From the NCBI GenBank assembly GCA_030141605.1, contig JAQGDQ010002368.1, positions 186,001-250,000 on the forward strand: a DNA stretch of 64,000 bases, given 5' to 3'. The notes under the pieces are model-generated. The model was not told the origin of the DNA. It did not search any database and saw nothing but the letters and a program-made list of their open reading frames with translations. Numbering within the stretch: position 1 is the first letter of the stretch; each line of letters starts with the position of its first letter. The translations under genes and the position numbers were made by a program. The stretch is from Tubiluchus corallicola (taxonomy: Eukaryota; Animalia; Priapulida). Below are positions 12,649 to 60,800 of the stretch, one piece after another.

Positions 12649-13860
12649 AGCACGCAAGCTTTAAATTGCAGTCAGTAATACCGCATGAAACGTCTTTAAA
12701 ATAGATGTAAAGACATTCAAATAAATTTACCTGCAACTAAGTAAAACTGTTTTAAACGTTGTGGTAGGATGTTTCATTCTAGTTACTAGTAGCATGTAGG
12801 CCTACTTGTAATAACCATTGATCTGAGATCTGTATAAGGTAATTTTGAAAAGTCATTTTCAATATGTCTCTGCATAAGTTAACGTTACACGTGTAATTAT
12901 TTAAATCACAGTGGTGGGCATTTTCAGTTGTGCAACATTTTTAATTTAAACTGTTGATCATTTAAATTCAAAGTGCATTTGACTTTATAGTAATAACGTG
13001 CACTTTTGTTATTTGATTTGCTAATGTCATTTCGGTAAGAAAGCAGGTATAGATATAGCTTTGCACGAAGACCTGCATTTCGAATTGATAATTTAGTGAA
13101 TGTAAATTCCATTGGTAATGTAATTCGTTGAATTAGGAACTGTAGGTTAATCAAGGAGATGCTTAGATTATGCTCCTTCGTATAAATTAATTTATTTTTA
13201 GCTATATTTTCAACTATAAACAAAAACATATCAACATAACGGTGTAGTACTGTTAGCATTTTTAAGCGAATATTCACCTGCAAATCTTTCTGTTGCCGGT
13301 GCTCATATTTTGCATGACAGTGAGCGCTTCCCCACCAGAAACTGGTGTTTACTATGTTAATGGTACCATCAATAGAAATCAGCATCGAACTAACAGAAAA
13401 TTAAGTGCACAATTTTAACAATATATTTGCAAAGTTTCTTGCTTAATATAGACATTTGGCTTGTTTATTTATATGTATTTTTTGTTAACTATCGGATTTT
13501 ATTTCGGACTGTCAATAAACAAAGCATTAACTTCAGCGAACCAACATATTTTTTTACTTTTTTCTGCTTATTTTGTAGTGTTTAAACAAGTTTAATATCC
13601 TGCGTTAATTAATTTTTAGTGCCAATCTATTTGAATTTCAAATATATTTAGATGTCATTTCCCTATGCTATTCGGGACGTGGCAAATAGTTGCAATAAAT
13701 TCAAGTGGCCACTAATGCTTAAATAAAAAGGCAGGCTAAATACATCCCACCGAAGCAATTTCAGAGTAATAACACAATTTTATGCCCTCGGTTACTGTAC
13801 AAGATTAAATATTGTTTGGTCTAAACTGACAATAAATACCGCTTCAAATTGAACACAAAG

Positions 13861-13906
13861 TGCGCATGCGTAGTGGAAGCAGACGCCCAAGGGACTCGCA
13901 TTGCAG
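13861..13906 (+). promoter_or_regulatory. Putative promoter and non-coding first exon of Ly6 gene A
   Basis: TGCGCATGCGTA at 13861 (one mismatch to the NRF1/ewg consensus TGCGCATGCGCA), strong donor cag|gtaaat at 13906/13907 and a candidate acceptor attccccag| at 14069 upstream of the ATG. Confidence 0.4.
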
Positions 13907-14111
13907 GTAAATGTAACATGCTTACTTAGCATTGCATCGCGTCAGCGATGATGGTACATTAAAGAGCTTTACTGATTATATAAGGGCAAAACCTTTTTGA
14001 TGAACATGTGGATGTGATATGACAGAATGGACTGATATGCGCTAAATGATTTAAGAAAATATTCCCCAGTCTGCAAATATAATTGATAAGTTGCAGAAAA
14101 GAGAAGGCAAA

Positions 14112-49253
<35,142 letters not shown>

Positions 49254-50442
49254 GTATCTGTGTGTATTTTCCCTTAGTGAACTTTTGTGACAAGGTACGT
49301 TTTTTACAGCGCGGTGTAATATATAAATATTCTGTGTAAGAAAACACTTTTCTACAAGTTGTGTTCGTCCAATGAACTATGAATGATCTTTTTGGATGAG
49401 TAATTGTAATATTCTTTAATACTTATTATTGTGCCATTGATTTAATGTTGTTTGATAAAAATAAGTATGACTATTATAGTACCCGCTATTTGTGGGAATT
49501 TGCATAGAAACTTAGGCTGTACTCCTTATCTAACTAGTTAATAAGCAAATTACACAAGACATATAGGTAATTTTCAATGTTGTTAATTAATCACAATGCA
49601 CTTATTATTTAGCGATTCATTCTGACAACTTCACGAATACATGTGTTAGTAAATATTGCACAATGCTGTAAATAGCCAAGAATTTTTACGTGTTCATTTA
49701 TATGTCACAATTTTATTGCCACATGTTGAAAGGCCATGTGCTGACTTCCTATTGTGATGCTTGTTACAATTACAATTTCGTCACGCACTTCAAGACTCAC
49801 TTAGAGCACGTTTATACTGCGTAACACTACTACTCACTATGTTCATCCTGCCATCTGTGGTTAATTTTCTTCAACTAATTCTTGTTCGGAAAATTATTGT
49901 TTGCTTACAACGGATGTTCACTGTTTTGTGAGCGAATTTTAATGTATATAAATTTACACGAAATACACTGCTCTGCTTATGTATTTTTTTCAAAATTAAA
50001 AAATGTCTCGTTAGTTTGTAAGGCTGTTCAAACATTTCGAATTGAAGATTTTAGTTTGTTGAGGGTGGAAAAGTACTAGAATTTCCTGCATAAGTCGTTC
50101 AAAAACTTGTTTGCTGATCATTGTGTATGTTTGTAAATACGAGTAATTAAGGCTGGATTTTGGGAAAAATATGTTTTTTAATTTTATAATAATTTTTAAC
50201 AACTGCAGAGTACTATTAAATATTATTAAACGGCTATTTTTATTAAGTGCAGTACTGCATATGGTAGCTTCAATCTACTTATATACTGCACGAGAATTGG
50301 AATCGGGTTATGGGGTCTGACACGGTTGTCCCGATGATTTGACTCAACTCCCTCGGTGACTCAAGTTCCCCGGTTTGATAAAAATTTGGCACAAGCGTAC
50401 AACGAATACTTACAAGCAAAGACAAATACTTACTCCATATTT

Positions 50443-50509
50443 TCGTCATCGTCATCACCAAATCATCATCATTATCGTCGTCGTCATCATCGTCATCATC
50501 ATCATCATC
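50443..50509. repeat. (CAT/CGT)n microsatellite
   Basis: Directly visible. Confidence 0.9.
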
Positions 50510-52789
50510 CAGCACTATACATTTATTTTTTGATTATAGGCCTACCATATTAACTAACTAGGCAAGCGATGTAGGCATTTATAGGCATATAATTTGTGTA
50601 CGAATTTTAAATTTTTGATTAATGAGTGAAAATGAACGGTTATTTTTATAACTCTACAAATGATTTGTAAAAAAGGGAAAAACCGGTTGACACGGTTTAC
50701 TAGACCCGGTTCCAACTCCGTGCCGTGTATTACATTCGTTATTTGGGAGCTCTTAAACTATTTTTAGCAAAATCCTCTTTTTGGTATCTCAGATATGCAT
50801 CGATCAACTCGATTGCTTACCTTTTAAGTTTAGATAAGTTTGTAACTGCTTGCCGAATTTTGATGAAAATAACTCCACCGGTTCGTTTTTCCGGCGCAAT
50901 CTATTCAGCAGTATTAGTTTGATCAAAATCTAGTGACAGATCGCAATTTTTTTAGCATTTGATGTGGATTCGTCGTTCACTTGCCGGCCAAACATCAGCT
51001 TTCAATAAAACAATGTATTTGATTTGTTTGTATAATATACGACCAAAACTGCTTACTACTGAGAATATTGGCATGATTAGATTCATATTGTGGTAAATGG
51101 AACTTTTTAAATACAGTTTTAAATAGTGAGCATCACTACTCGGTATAATTAATATTAGTTTACTCTTTTTCTTTTAATAATCGAATACACTAATTATATA
51201 GAGAGATAAACACGTGTATTACGCCTTATTGCACCAAATGTTTTTCGTAATATTTTACATGCCTTTTCAGCAATTACAAGTTTAACTTTGTAATGCATAA
51301 TAATTTCAAAAAGGCAAACACTAAATCATTCTATCGGACAGTCGGGCTGGTGGTCGCTTAGGGTGCTAAAATTGTTTTTACTAACGTTTTTATCCATAAG
51401 TATTCAGGCAGTACGGTATGGGCTTTGCGCTAAGTTTAACTAGGAGATGTGTGTGTTCTTATATTGCAGCGACTATTCGTGGTTAAAATTATCTATATTT
51501 GTTGTATTTCTGGCTCTCGTATATATATATTGTTATATATGTTGTCTGCGGTGATATTCGTATGATGTGAATAAAAATCGATGTTTTAATCTATAGATCT
51601 GATGTAGTGTAATCAAAAGAATTATAATTGTTGGTACTTACATGCGTAGATTAACAGGTAACATGTTGTTACAATCATTATTAATATTATGGTTTGTCCA
51701 ACTGCATAGGAAAGGATATATCACATAACAATTAACCTTTTTGTTTTTTGGATCTAGTGAATAGGTAAGACTGTTTTAATCTGTATTCTGTCTTAATAGT
51801 AATAAGTGACCATCACATCTATAAAGAGCAAACTTTAAATATAATGGTTTATTATATATGTGCTACAGCTGATGTACACATTTTGATAGTTCGCCATAAT
51901 TGCAGTAATAGTGTTCCATGGCTGCAAAATTTGTAATCTAAAGTAAATTTATAAAAAAATATTGTCAAGTTGTGAGCGTTGACGAAGTTAAAGGCAAAAT
52001 TTAAATGAAACAGTAGCATAAAATTTGTTTTGAACTGATTTCCAGGGTTCGCAAGTGTGTCTGCTCTGAGCTAGATGGCCTTGATTTGTAGGACAGAATC
52101 AATAAAGCGTTTATACGGAAGTCGCTGTTACTCAGAGTCAGAGAAGCTGCAGAAAAGGAGAGCATCCATACGGGGGAATGTGGCAGTCTTGTCTTGTCAA
52201 AGAAGTTAACTGTCTACACTTGAAGGATTTTTGAACTACTTTGTGAAAGCCCAGATGAACTGTTTATGAGTGTTACATACGCTGACTTTTCACTTCTGTT
52301 AGTATTTTCAAAAATACTGAAAGTCGACCAAACTTGCAAGCAGCGTGTGACATGGCATTGTGTGGAGGGATGCATCATTCGTATAGGCAGTTCTTTTTTT
52401 TATGTACCGCTTTATTCTTTGTCTCAACAAGTAAGTAAAATCACTAGCTTTTGTCGATTTTTCTACAGCGAATCTTTATTATTTCGTTTTCGGTGTATAT
52501 GACAGTTTTACTCATTGTCTATAGGTAATACGGTATAATAAAGAATTGGAATTTAGTAACTTTATGGTATGCAACGAGAAGATAGAAATCACGGAAATGT
52601 ATAGAAGCAAAGCAATCTCTATATCATTCAAATAACTAATTTAATTGTCAAATATTTTTTGTACAACGTCTTGAAATTCAACAAGGTTTATCAGTATTAA
52701 TGATATTTCGGGAAACCACTGCTCCCTTCACCAGGTTACATAAAATGTGTTTGTGTGACACCATTGTCTTTGTCTTTATTAACAATAGC

Positions 52790-53330
52790 ATTCCTTTTTT
52801 AATCATGGCTCACTTACTGATATCGTCTAGACATGTCCTTTGCTGCCTTCTTCTAGTACTTCTCCCTGCGATTTCTTTCATCTGTCTCTGTATCAGTTCG
52901 CTATACCTTAAAGCATGTCCACAATATTAAGCTTTCTTCTTGACGATGATATCCCAGCAGGTTTTTTCTCCTTTAACGTTCCTGTCACTTTTTCATTTCG
53001 TGACTTTTCTTCTCTAACTGACGTTCAGCATGCTTCAGTAACAGCACATTTCTAAGACTTCCAGTCGCTTACTTGTGCCTGCTTACTTCAGTGTCCATCC
53101 GTCCATGTAGCAAAACTGACCAACATAACATGCGTCATTTTCCTGTCGTTACACTAATCTTTTGATTTCATATAAACTTTCTTAACTTCGCAAACTAAGT
53201 CTGCACTTTTGCATTTTATTTCCTTCTCATAACTGCCGTTTTTTGTTACTTTCCCAACTCCTCAAATAGCAAGAATGCTCTGCCTGTCCATTATCTCCGC
53301 CATCGATATTTAACTTCATTGTTTTCTACT
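52790..53330 (-). mobile_element. Decayed RTE-clade LINE, C-terminal RT region
   Basis: Frameshifted peptides CWSVLL(H)G..WTL, KRLEVLEMCCY, NEKV, DIIVKKKA*YCGHALRY, EIAGRSTRRRQQRTCLDDI match RTE ORF2 C-terminal motifs (LLYGxExWT, FEMWxxRR, YxGHxxR, GxRxRGRxRxxWxDDI). Confidence 0.7.
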
Positions 53331-54189
53331 TTCCCTCCTGATGGATGTGCAATCTCGTGGACAATGGATGGATATTAAAAAAACAGTAAGTATGCACCAA
53401 AGTGGTTTGGGGGACCACAAGTGGCCGTTTCCTTGGATGAAATCTTCTTGAATGAGGAAAGTGACGATGATGGTGGTGATGACGATGTTTTGGTGACGAT
53501 GTGATTATTAGTGAAGATGCAATTGGTGACGAGGAAAATTAAAATTATGACCATACTAATGGTTTTTGTTACTAAAGATTTTGCGATTGAGTTTAAAATT
53601 TATATTTATATTTAAAATTACAGTTATATTTTCTATAGTTACAATATTGTTCCAATTAGTGTTTAATATTCAGTTAATTCTCTTATTAATGGAATATTAA
53701 ATTTATTTCAGTAACTTGTTTGACGTAAATACGGTATTACGCAACTTTTGATCTCTTATAATCGTTGTCCAGTACAGGTCGTCTGATTTTTAATTTGTCC
53801 CGCCAACCTCATTAGGATTGGACATTTTTCAAACAGTACAATGTCCCCTACACTTTGGCAGAAAAATTAACCATGTACTTTATGGTGTAATTTTCGGCCC
53901 TCTGACCGCTAACCATAATGGTGAGATTCCATATTGCCCGAGCAGTTCTCGTCAGATTTGGTGTTTTTTAATTCACGATAGTACCACCTACAATTGTAGA
54001 CATCTAGCCATGTACCCTATGATGCAATTTTTGGCCCCTTTTGAGGATACCTATTGTTTCCACCCCGAACGCCCCAAAACTCCTTGTAAGACGGGCAGTT
54101 TTATGAAAGCGTAGACTAGTACTCAGATGCCCAAACCTTTTGTTCCTTATCATGTCCTTATTTCGTCTAGGACTTTTTCTTCTGGAACT

Positions 54190-54431
54190 ATTTGGACACA
54201 TGGGTCATTTGGACGCAAGGTACTTTGGACACATAGATCATTTAGATACAAGGCAGTTTGGACATATAGGTCATTTGGACACATAGGACATCTGGTCTGA
54301 AGGCACTTTGGACACATATGACATTTGGACACTAGGTGTTTTTCACGCAGTATTCAGAAGCGTAGATAATTTTTGTCCAAATTATCTATGTGTCGAAGTA
54401 GCCCGTGTCGAAATGACCCATGTGTCCAAAT
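54190..54431. mobile_element. Small foldback/MITE with roughly 19-bp tandem subrepeats
   Basis: Left tttggacacatgggtcatttggac versus right gtcgaaatgacccatgtgtccaaa (inverted); about 8 tttggaca-type units. Confidence 0.7.
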
Positions 54432-54432
54432 T

Positions 54433-54502
54433 GCAGCAGAAGCAGCATCAGCAGCAGCAGAAGCAACAACAGCAGCAGCACCACCAGCAGCAGCAGCAGC
54501 AG
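54433..54502. repeat. (CAG)n-type microsatellite upstream of Ly6 gene B
   Basis: Directly visible. Confidence 0.9.
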
Positions 54503-54646
54503 TTAAATTTTGAGGCGGATATGGTCTGTTTTACTTCTATTTGTGCCAAAAAAGAGTTAGACGTACATTTCTAAGTTTGTTTGCATTGACGGAGTCTGCG
54601 CTTTACTGAGCAACGCTCTAGTTCAATGACGTTTTGCCAGATTTAA

Positions 54647-54702
54647 TATAAAAAGATCTGTAATTTAACTTTGGTGATACTGCGCTCAAAAAAGCTATAA
54701 AG
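54647..54702 (+). promoter_or_regulatory. Candidate TATA boxes of Ly6 gene B
   Basis: TATAAAAAG at 54647 and TATAAAG at 54696, 80-130 nt upstream of the ATG. Confidence 0.35.
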
Positions 54703-54778
54703 CATACAAGTGTTAGTGATCATTTGTTACTGCAAGTTAAGACACCTAAAGACATTTTTTATAATTATAAAATTATTA

Positions 54779-54842
54779 ATGATGCTGAAATTAAAAGCTT
54801 GGGAACTTGTTCTGTTGCTAGTCGTGTACTCTGTTGCAAAAG
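54779..54842 (+). CDS. Ly6 gene B signal-peptide exon (MMLKLKAWELVLLLVVYSVAK)
   Basis: Basic N-region, hydrophobic core, aag|gttttg donor (weak) in phase 1 giving A-S-A-LKC. Confidence 0.7.
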
Positions 54843-57800
54843 GTTTTGTCCCCCTTACATCTGCTGCCCCTATAACTGAAACGTCACTTTAGACTGACTT
54901 GCAATTTGTAAATTTGTAAATCGAAGTAGCTCCATTCAAATGACGGTTTTTTACAATTATAAAATATTCTTAACAGTTAATATGTGAATGAAATTTCAAG
55001 CCCTTTCAGTTTCATTTACAAAGTAAGACGTGTTAATTAGACACAGTTCGTATAAATGAAAACACGTTAAACGCAGACATGTGGTAGTGGTATTTCGGAT
55101 TTATCGTCACACTATAATGGCATACTGGTCTACTGGAATCTAATTCTCACAAATGCAATTTAAACCCTTTGAGATTTGCTGGCGGCTGACTCTGCAGATG
55201 CTGAGTTACATTGAGTAAATAATTGTAGACTATTATTTCGTGAACCATTCATCACGCCATCGTGAATCATTTCTAGACTAAACATTTCTCAAATTCTTTC
55301 ATAATTAATCGTTTTTAGGCAAGAACATCTTCCCACACAAGTGCTCGTTTTGCCATAAATTTTCTGAAGCTTGCTGGGAATAATTACGTTTCACAATTAT
55401 GTACAATATGTGTATTTTCATAATTATGTTTATTAATAAAATTACGGTGCTTTTCGTCAAACGGTGTTGGGTTTAAACAAGTGTTTGCAACGTGTTGAAG
55501 GCCGTATGTTAAGGCATGTGTCGCAAATTCCAGATATTGATTGTTTCACGACATGTAATGCTCATAATAAAACCGACTGAATAAAATGTGTGTTTTCATT
55601 TTCTTGATATTTTATTATAGAACTTACAATGAAAAGGTTCAAAAGGAACAAAACACAAGCACTGCTGTTCATATTAATTAAAATCATCAAGTTTTTGGTG
55701 CTCATACAGCTCCAATATCAGCAAGCTTAGGCCCGCGCAATTTTCTGTTGCACAACTAATTGTTGCAAAATCTGTAAATAACTGAAATCTACGGAGAAGA
55801 AATAACTGAAGAACTAAAAAGTTACAAGCTGAACTCAAACTTTTAGTTGCGCAACTATTTTGTAATGTACTGTTTTCAATGGGGGCGTGCAGATATACAA
55901 TTTTTAATTCCGCAACTTTTAACCAAACACAATATTTAAGTGCAAGAATAAGGCAGCGCCTTATGAAAAGGTTCTATTAAGCGTACATTAGAGAGAAATG
56001 AAAAACAAATTAGATACATAATTCTTTTTGTTATTGCTACCATCCTTTAGGATGTTCAGTGACAAATTCGGAAATTGGAGACCAAAACATTTACTGAAAA
56101 GTGAAAAGTGAACAGCGCACACAAACACGTCTTACTACAAGCAATTAAAATCTTTCTGCTGCCTTTTTCGAATTTTTTCCTACTATTGCGATCTTTTACA
56201 ATGACAGACACCTCTTATAAGACAGACAAAACGGGCAATAAGAGAAGACCAAAGATAAAAGTCTTGGTGTTGGAGATGGTTTTATTTCTGCACTTAATGT
56301 CGAGATAGATAATGTGCAACCCAATAGTACGCAGCAGTTCATCAAAACTATTTGGACTCATACGATAATAACTAAATAATTCAGTCGAATGAGCCCGTCT
56401 GCCGTGATAGAGCTTATAAAATTACCTTTTCAGTAATCGGTGGCTATTTATTAGGCGGGCCAAGTGTTTCCGGTGTGCATTTGTCTTTTATGAATTAATA
56501 ATATACAAATACATGCAAACTTTTCAAGCTCCATAGCACCAGCCTGGCAATTAACAATTGCGTGTGTGTGCGCTCGATTTCGGTACACCAGTAAAATTGC
56601 CGCAGTTTTCAATTGTACAACTTTTAATTGCGCTGCGAGGGCCCACAACTGGCGGTAAGGCGCTTGAAGACGTTACTTGTATTTATGCATTATTAATTTA
56701 CAAAAAGACAGAAACGTCGAAAGTAGTGGGGCAGGTATTACTGAAAGGACAATTTTACAAGTTCTATGACGACTTACGGGCTCATCCGAGTAAATTTCTT
56801 AGTTATTAGGTTTCTGTTCTCATATTCAGGTAACTATCTGTCATGGAAAACAACAATGCTACAAAATCCCTATCTTCCATTTTCCAGTAAAAGTTTCTAT
56901 GCGTCTGGAGTTTTTTAACAAACAATGCAAAATGAGCGAAATTCGCGGCAGCAATAGCTGCAGCATGCCTAACGTGTTCGCAGGAAGTGTTCACTCAAAC
57001 TTCGTATTTTGATCTTCATTTTCTGAATTTGTCACAGAATTTCTTGAAAGACAATAGCAGAGATAGTAACAATGATTTATCTTCATTAATTTGTTTTTCT
57101 TTTCTTTTGTACCTTTAATTATGCCCTTCATAAGGTGCTGTTTTTTCTCACGCTTAACTATTGTGTTTTGTTTACAAATTGCATGTCTGCGCGCTTGTCG
57201 GAAACTCGTTTCCGAAGTAAGCAAATTACTATTTGCTCTGTATAAATAATTGTACGAAGTACTTAAAGAAAGAGTACATAATTACTTCTGTAGTTTTATT
57301 GTGCAAGTATGTATGTAGTAAACCTGTCTTATCGCATCACTAGCCATGTAATTGTTAGGCAGGAAACAACTTGTTGGGGGAAAAAACTGACGTCTCTGAA
57401 AGTTGACGGAATAGGTCCCTACGTTAAGAGGAAAAGCTATCTCTTAACTTAATATGGACTAACTGTAATTAAAAGGAAGTTGACTTTTCCTTGCGTATAG
57501 AAGGCTGTTTTCCTCATGTAATAAAAACACTCGGGAGTAAAGAATCCCATGGTGATATATTGAATTGTTAATTTCGTGACGTTGGCTAACACTATTTAGT
57601 TTTATTTACAGGTCTTGTTGTGAAGTTATTATATTGTTATGTTATGTCTTATATATGAAGTGATAATGTAAATAAGTACATTATGATGTTTTTAACTCAT
57701 TTGTTTAACTTTAGGTAATTAGTTTGATACATCGATTCTCCCGCCTTCTCTAAGCTAAACGTGAAATAAGCGAGATTAAGAACCAAAATAAATTCCCCGT

Positions 57801-60800
57801 TCTCGGCCTGATACCAGATTTTATTCTTGTTCTCGCCAGCGCTCTCATTTAAACTTGAAAATTACAAAACGGTTGTTGCGCAACTAAAAGTTTGACCCCG
57901 TTTGCAACTTTTCATCGCGCAATTTCTAGTTACATCTAACTGCGCACTCTAATCAGTAGCTTTTCAGCGGTCTTCAGTGTAGTAACACTTGTACGCGTTG
58001 ACTGTACAATAAACGCTTCTTTTTATTGTTTTCAAATGTGCAACTCTACATTACAAGTCCGACATCATGGCGATATGTAATATTGTATGACAATACTATA
58101 AAATCGTTGGAACAGCAGGCTTCTTAAGAAATGAGCAAAATTACTACTTGACGCTTGGAATCCAATATCCCTACAGCAACCCATATAAGCGAATAATGTA
58201 GGCTAGAAGAGCATTGGTTTCACAACGAGCGCCGTATTGATCGCATAATCATCCCGCTTCCTTCAAAATGTCCCGTGAGAAATGCCGAGAATGTTTTTGT
58301 TTTATTGCGTCCTTTTCCTGGCGATTAACGACTGGACCGCTCTAGCTGAGTATGTCCATTGCGATTGTAATGTTGGGAATTAAACTGCAATATGATGGCT
58401 TTGCTTGCCGGTGCAGTGGCAAGCTATTAATATTTGGCTCTCGTGGCCTGCTCCAGAACATGAAAGGACTTCATGTAAGTTGTCGAGGTCGAAGTTACGT
58501 AGTTGCAATGATATTTAGTTAACACCGCTATAAGTAAAGAGTTGTTTTGGTGAACATAGATAACTTACGTTTATAACATTGCTCGAAGCTTCCAAAATCT
58601 CTGGGGTGCTTTGAAATGAAAACAGGGTTTCCCGTTTCTATAGAAAGTACGACCACCACTTTTACCGCTGTTTATGGTACCCATGTTCAAGTGGCTGAAA
58701 GCAAAATTATTGCTTATCCATTATAGCATCTCTCTTTTGGGTGCATTATGAAGTGCATGCGTTTTATGGTACGAATCATAAGACAAAATTACCACTGAGC
58801 AGAGTGGAATTAATTCCACATTATGATGTCCAGTCAGACTTGTGTATAAAATCTGGTGGTAACAGCGTTCATTTGTGACTTAAAGATATTCACAAAAATG
58901 TATACAATAGTTTTTACAGAAAACTAATGCTATTTGCAGTTAAGCTAGAGGTTCCAACATAAGCTATTATATCGTTGAGTTTGTTTTCATTTCTCAAGTA
59001 GAAAACGCAAGGAAAGTGACGCATGGAACTGCTGTCAGAAAATCAGAAAATTTACGATTTTTTCTCGAAATCCCTATGCAACAAAAATGTTTATTTCACA
59101 GTGAAAACGCGCGCCCTGTACAACAACATTGCGAGTTACAGGCATGTAGGCATATTAGGAGCATTTCACCGTGACGCCTCATGAGGATGAGTTTTTGTTT
59201 TATTGCCAGAATGTTTTTGTTTTATTGCGTCCTTTTCCTGGCGATTAACGACTGGACCGCTCTAGCTGAGTATGTCCATTGCGATTGTAATGTTGGGAAT
59301 TAAAGTGCAATATGATGGCTTTGCTTGCCGGTGCAGTGGCAAGCTATTAATATTTGGCTCTCGTGGCCTGCTCCAGAACATGAAAGGACTTCATGTAAGT
59401 TGTCGAGGTCGAAGTTACGTAGTTGCAATGATATTTAGTTAACACCGCTATAAGTAAAGAGTTGTTTTGGTGAACATAGATAACTTACGTTTATAACATT
59501 GCTCGAAGCTTCCAAAATCTCTGGGGTGCTTTGAAATGAAAACAGGGTTTCCCGTTTCTATAGAAAGTACGACCACCACTTTTACCGCTGTTTATGGTAC
59601 CCATGTTCAAGTGGCTGAAAGCAAAATTATTGCTTATCCATTATAGCATCTCTCTTTTGGGTGCATTATGAAGTGCATGCGTTTTATGGTACGAATCATA
59701 AGACAAAATTACCACTGAGCAGAGTGGAATTAATTCCACATTATGATGTCCAGTCAGACTTGTGTATAAAATCTGGTGGTAACAGCGTTCATTTGTGACT
59801 TAAAGATATTCACAAAAATGTATACAATAGTTTTTACAGAAAACTAATGCTATTTGCAGTTAAGCTAGAGGTTCCAACATAAGCTATTATATCGTTGAGT
59901 TTGTTTTCATTTCTCAAGTAGAAAACGCAAGGAAAGTGACGCATGGAACTGCTGTCAGAAAATCAGAAAATTTACGATTTTTTCTCGAAATCCCTATGCA
60001 ACAAAAATGTTTATTTCACAGTGAAAACGCGCGCCCTGTACAACAACATTGCGAGTTACAGGCATGTAGGCATATTAGGAGCATTTCACCGTGACGCCTC
60101 ATGAGGATTTTCCTCGTGAGCAATTTTGCTGCCAGCTAGAAGGTATGCGTCCTTCTCACGACGAAAGTTGCCGCACTGTAGAAATCCTGCATGTTCTATT
60201 TTCGTGAGGAATCCTCGTGGAATTACGATTAAAATTTAACTGCTCAATTACTTCTTTCTTGTTTAACGAACAACAATTAACACATTTTAACATAAAATTA
60301 TAAGGATTTAATCTCTCTTTTAACAGAAGAGACGATTTTGTGTGTTATTTTTTGTAATAGCCATGGTCATTTCTCTTGATCGTCTTTCAAATGCCCATAC
60401 AAGGTTGGAACAACACCACGGTGCTCTATTGATTCGTTAATTGGGTTCCGTCAATAACGATGGTAATTAATACTATCGTAATTATAGTTAACAGTTAGTA
60501 AAAACATGACGTCGTCTTCATTATCCATGTTGACGATCGAGTAATAGCTGTAAACCTGCAACTCGCAAAGTAGCTGCAACTAACTGGACGAGCGGAAAAA
60601 AACGCACATTGAAATGTTTTTTTTTCTGAAAATTTTCTGATTTTCTGACAGCAATTTCGTGTGTCATTTTCTTTGCGTCCTCACTGTGAAATGGGCCTTA
60701 CTCGTCAACATAGACAGCGAAGACGACATCATGCTTTTACTAAGTGCTACTATTTATCATCTTTATTGGGTGTACCCAATTAACAAAATAAGACAGCACC

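Noticed and set aside
12924-13385. 153-aa minus-strand ORF
   Set aside because: AT-biased composition, no motifs, and it lies antisense to the probable 3' UTR of the PAN gene.
54190-54340. Regularly spaced short repeats (also at 20520-20700 and 24730-24920) resembling a CRISPR array
   Set aside because: Units are degenerate and near-contiguous with no unique 30-40-bp spacers, they form TIR arms, no cas genes are present and the DNA is eukaryotic.
54308-54574. Poly-glutamine ORF
   Set aside because: It is a MITE end plus a CAG microsatellite with a non-ATG start and no supporting splice context.
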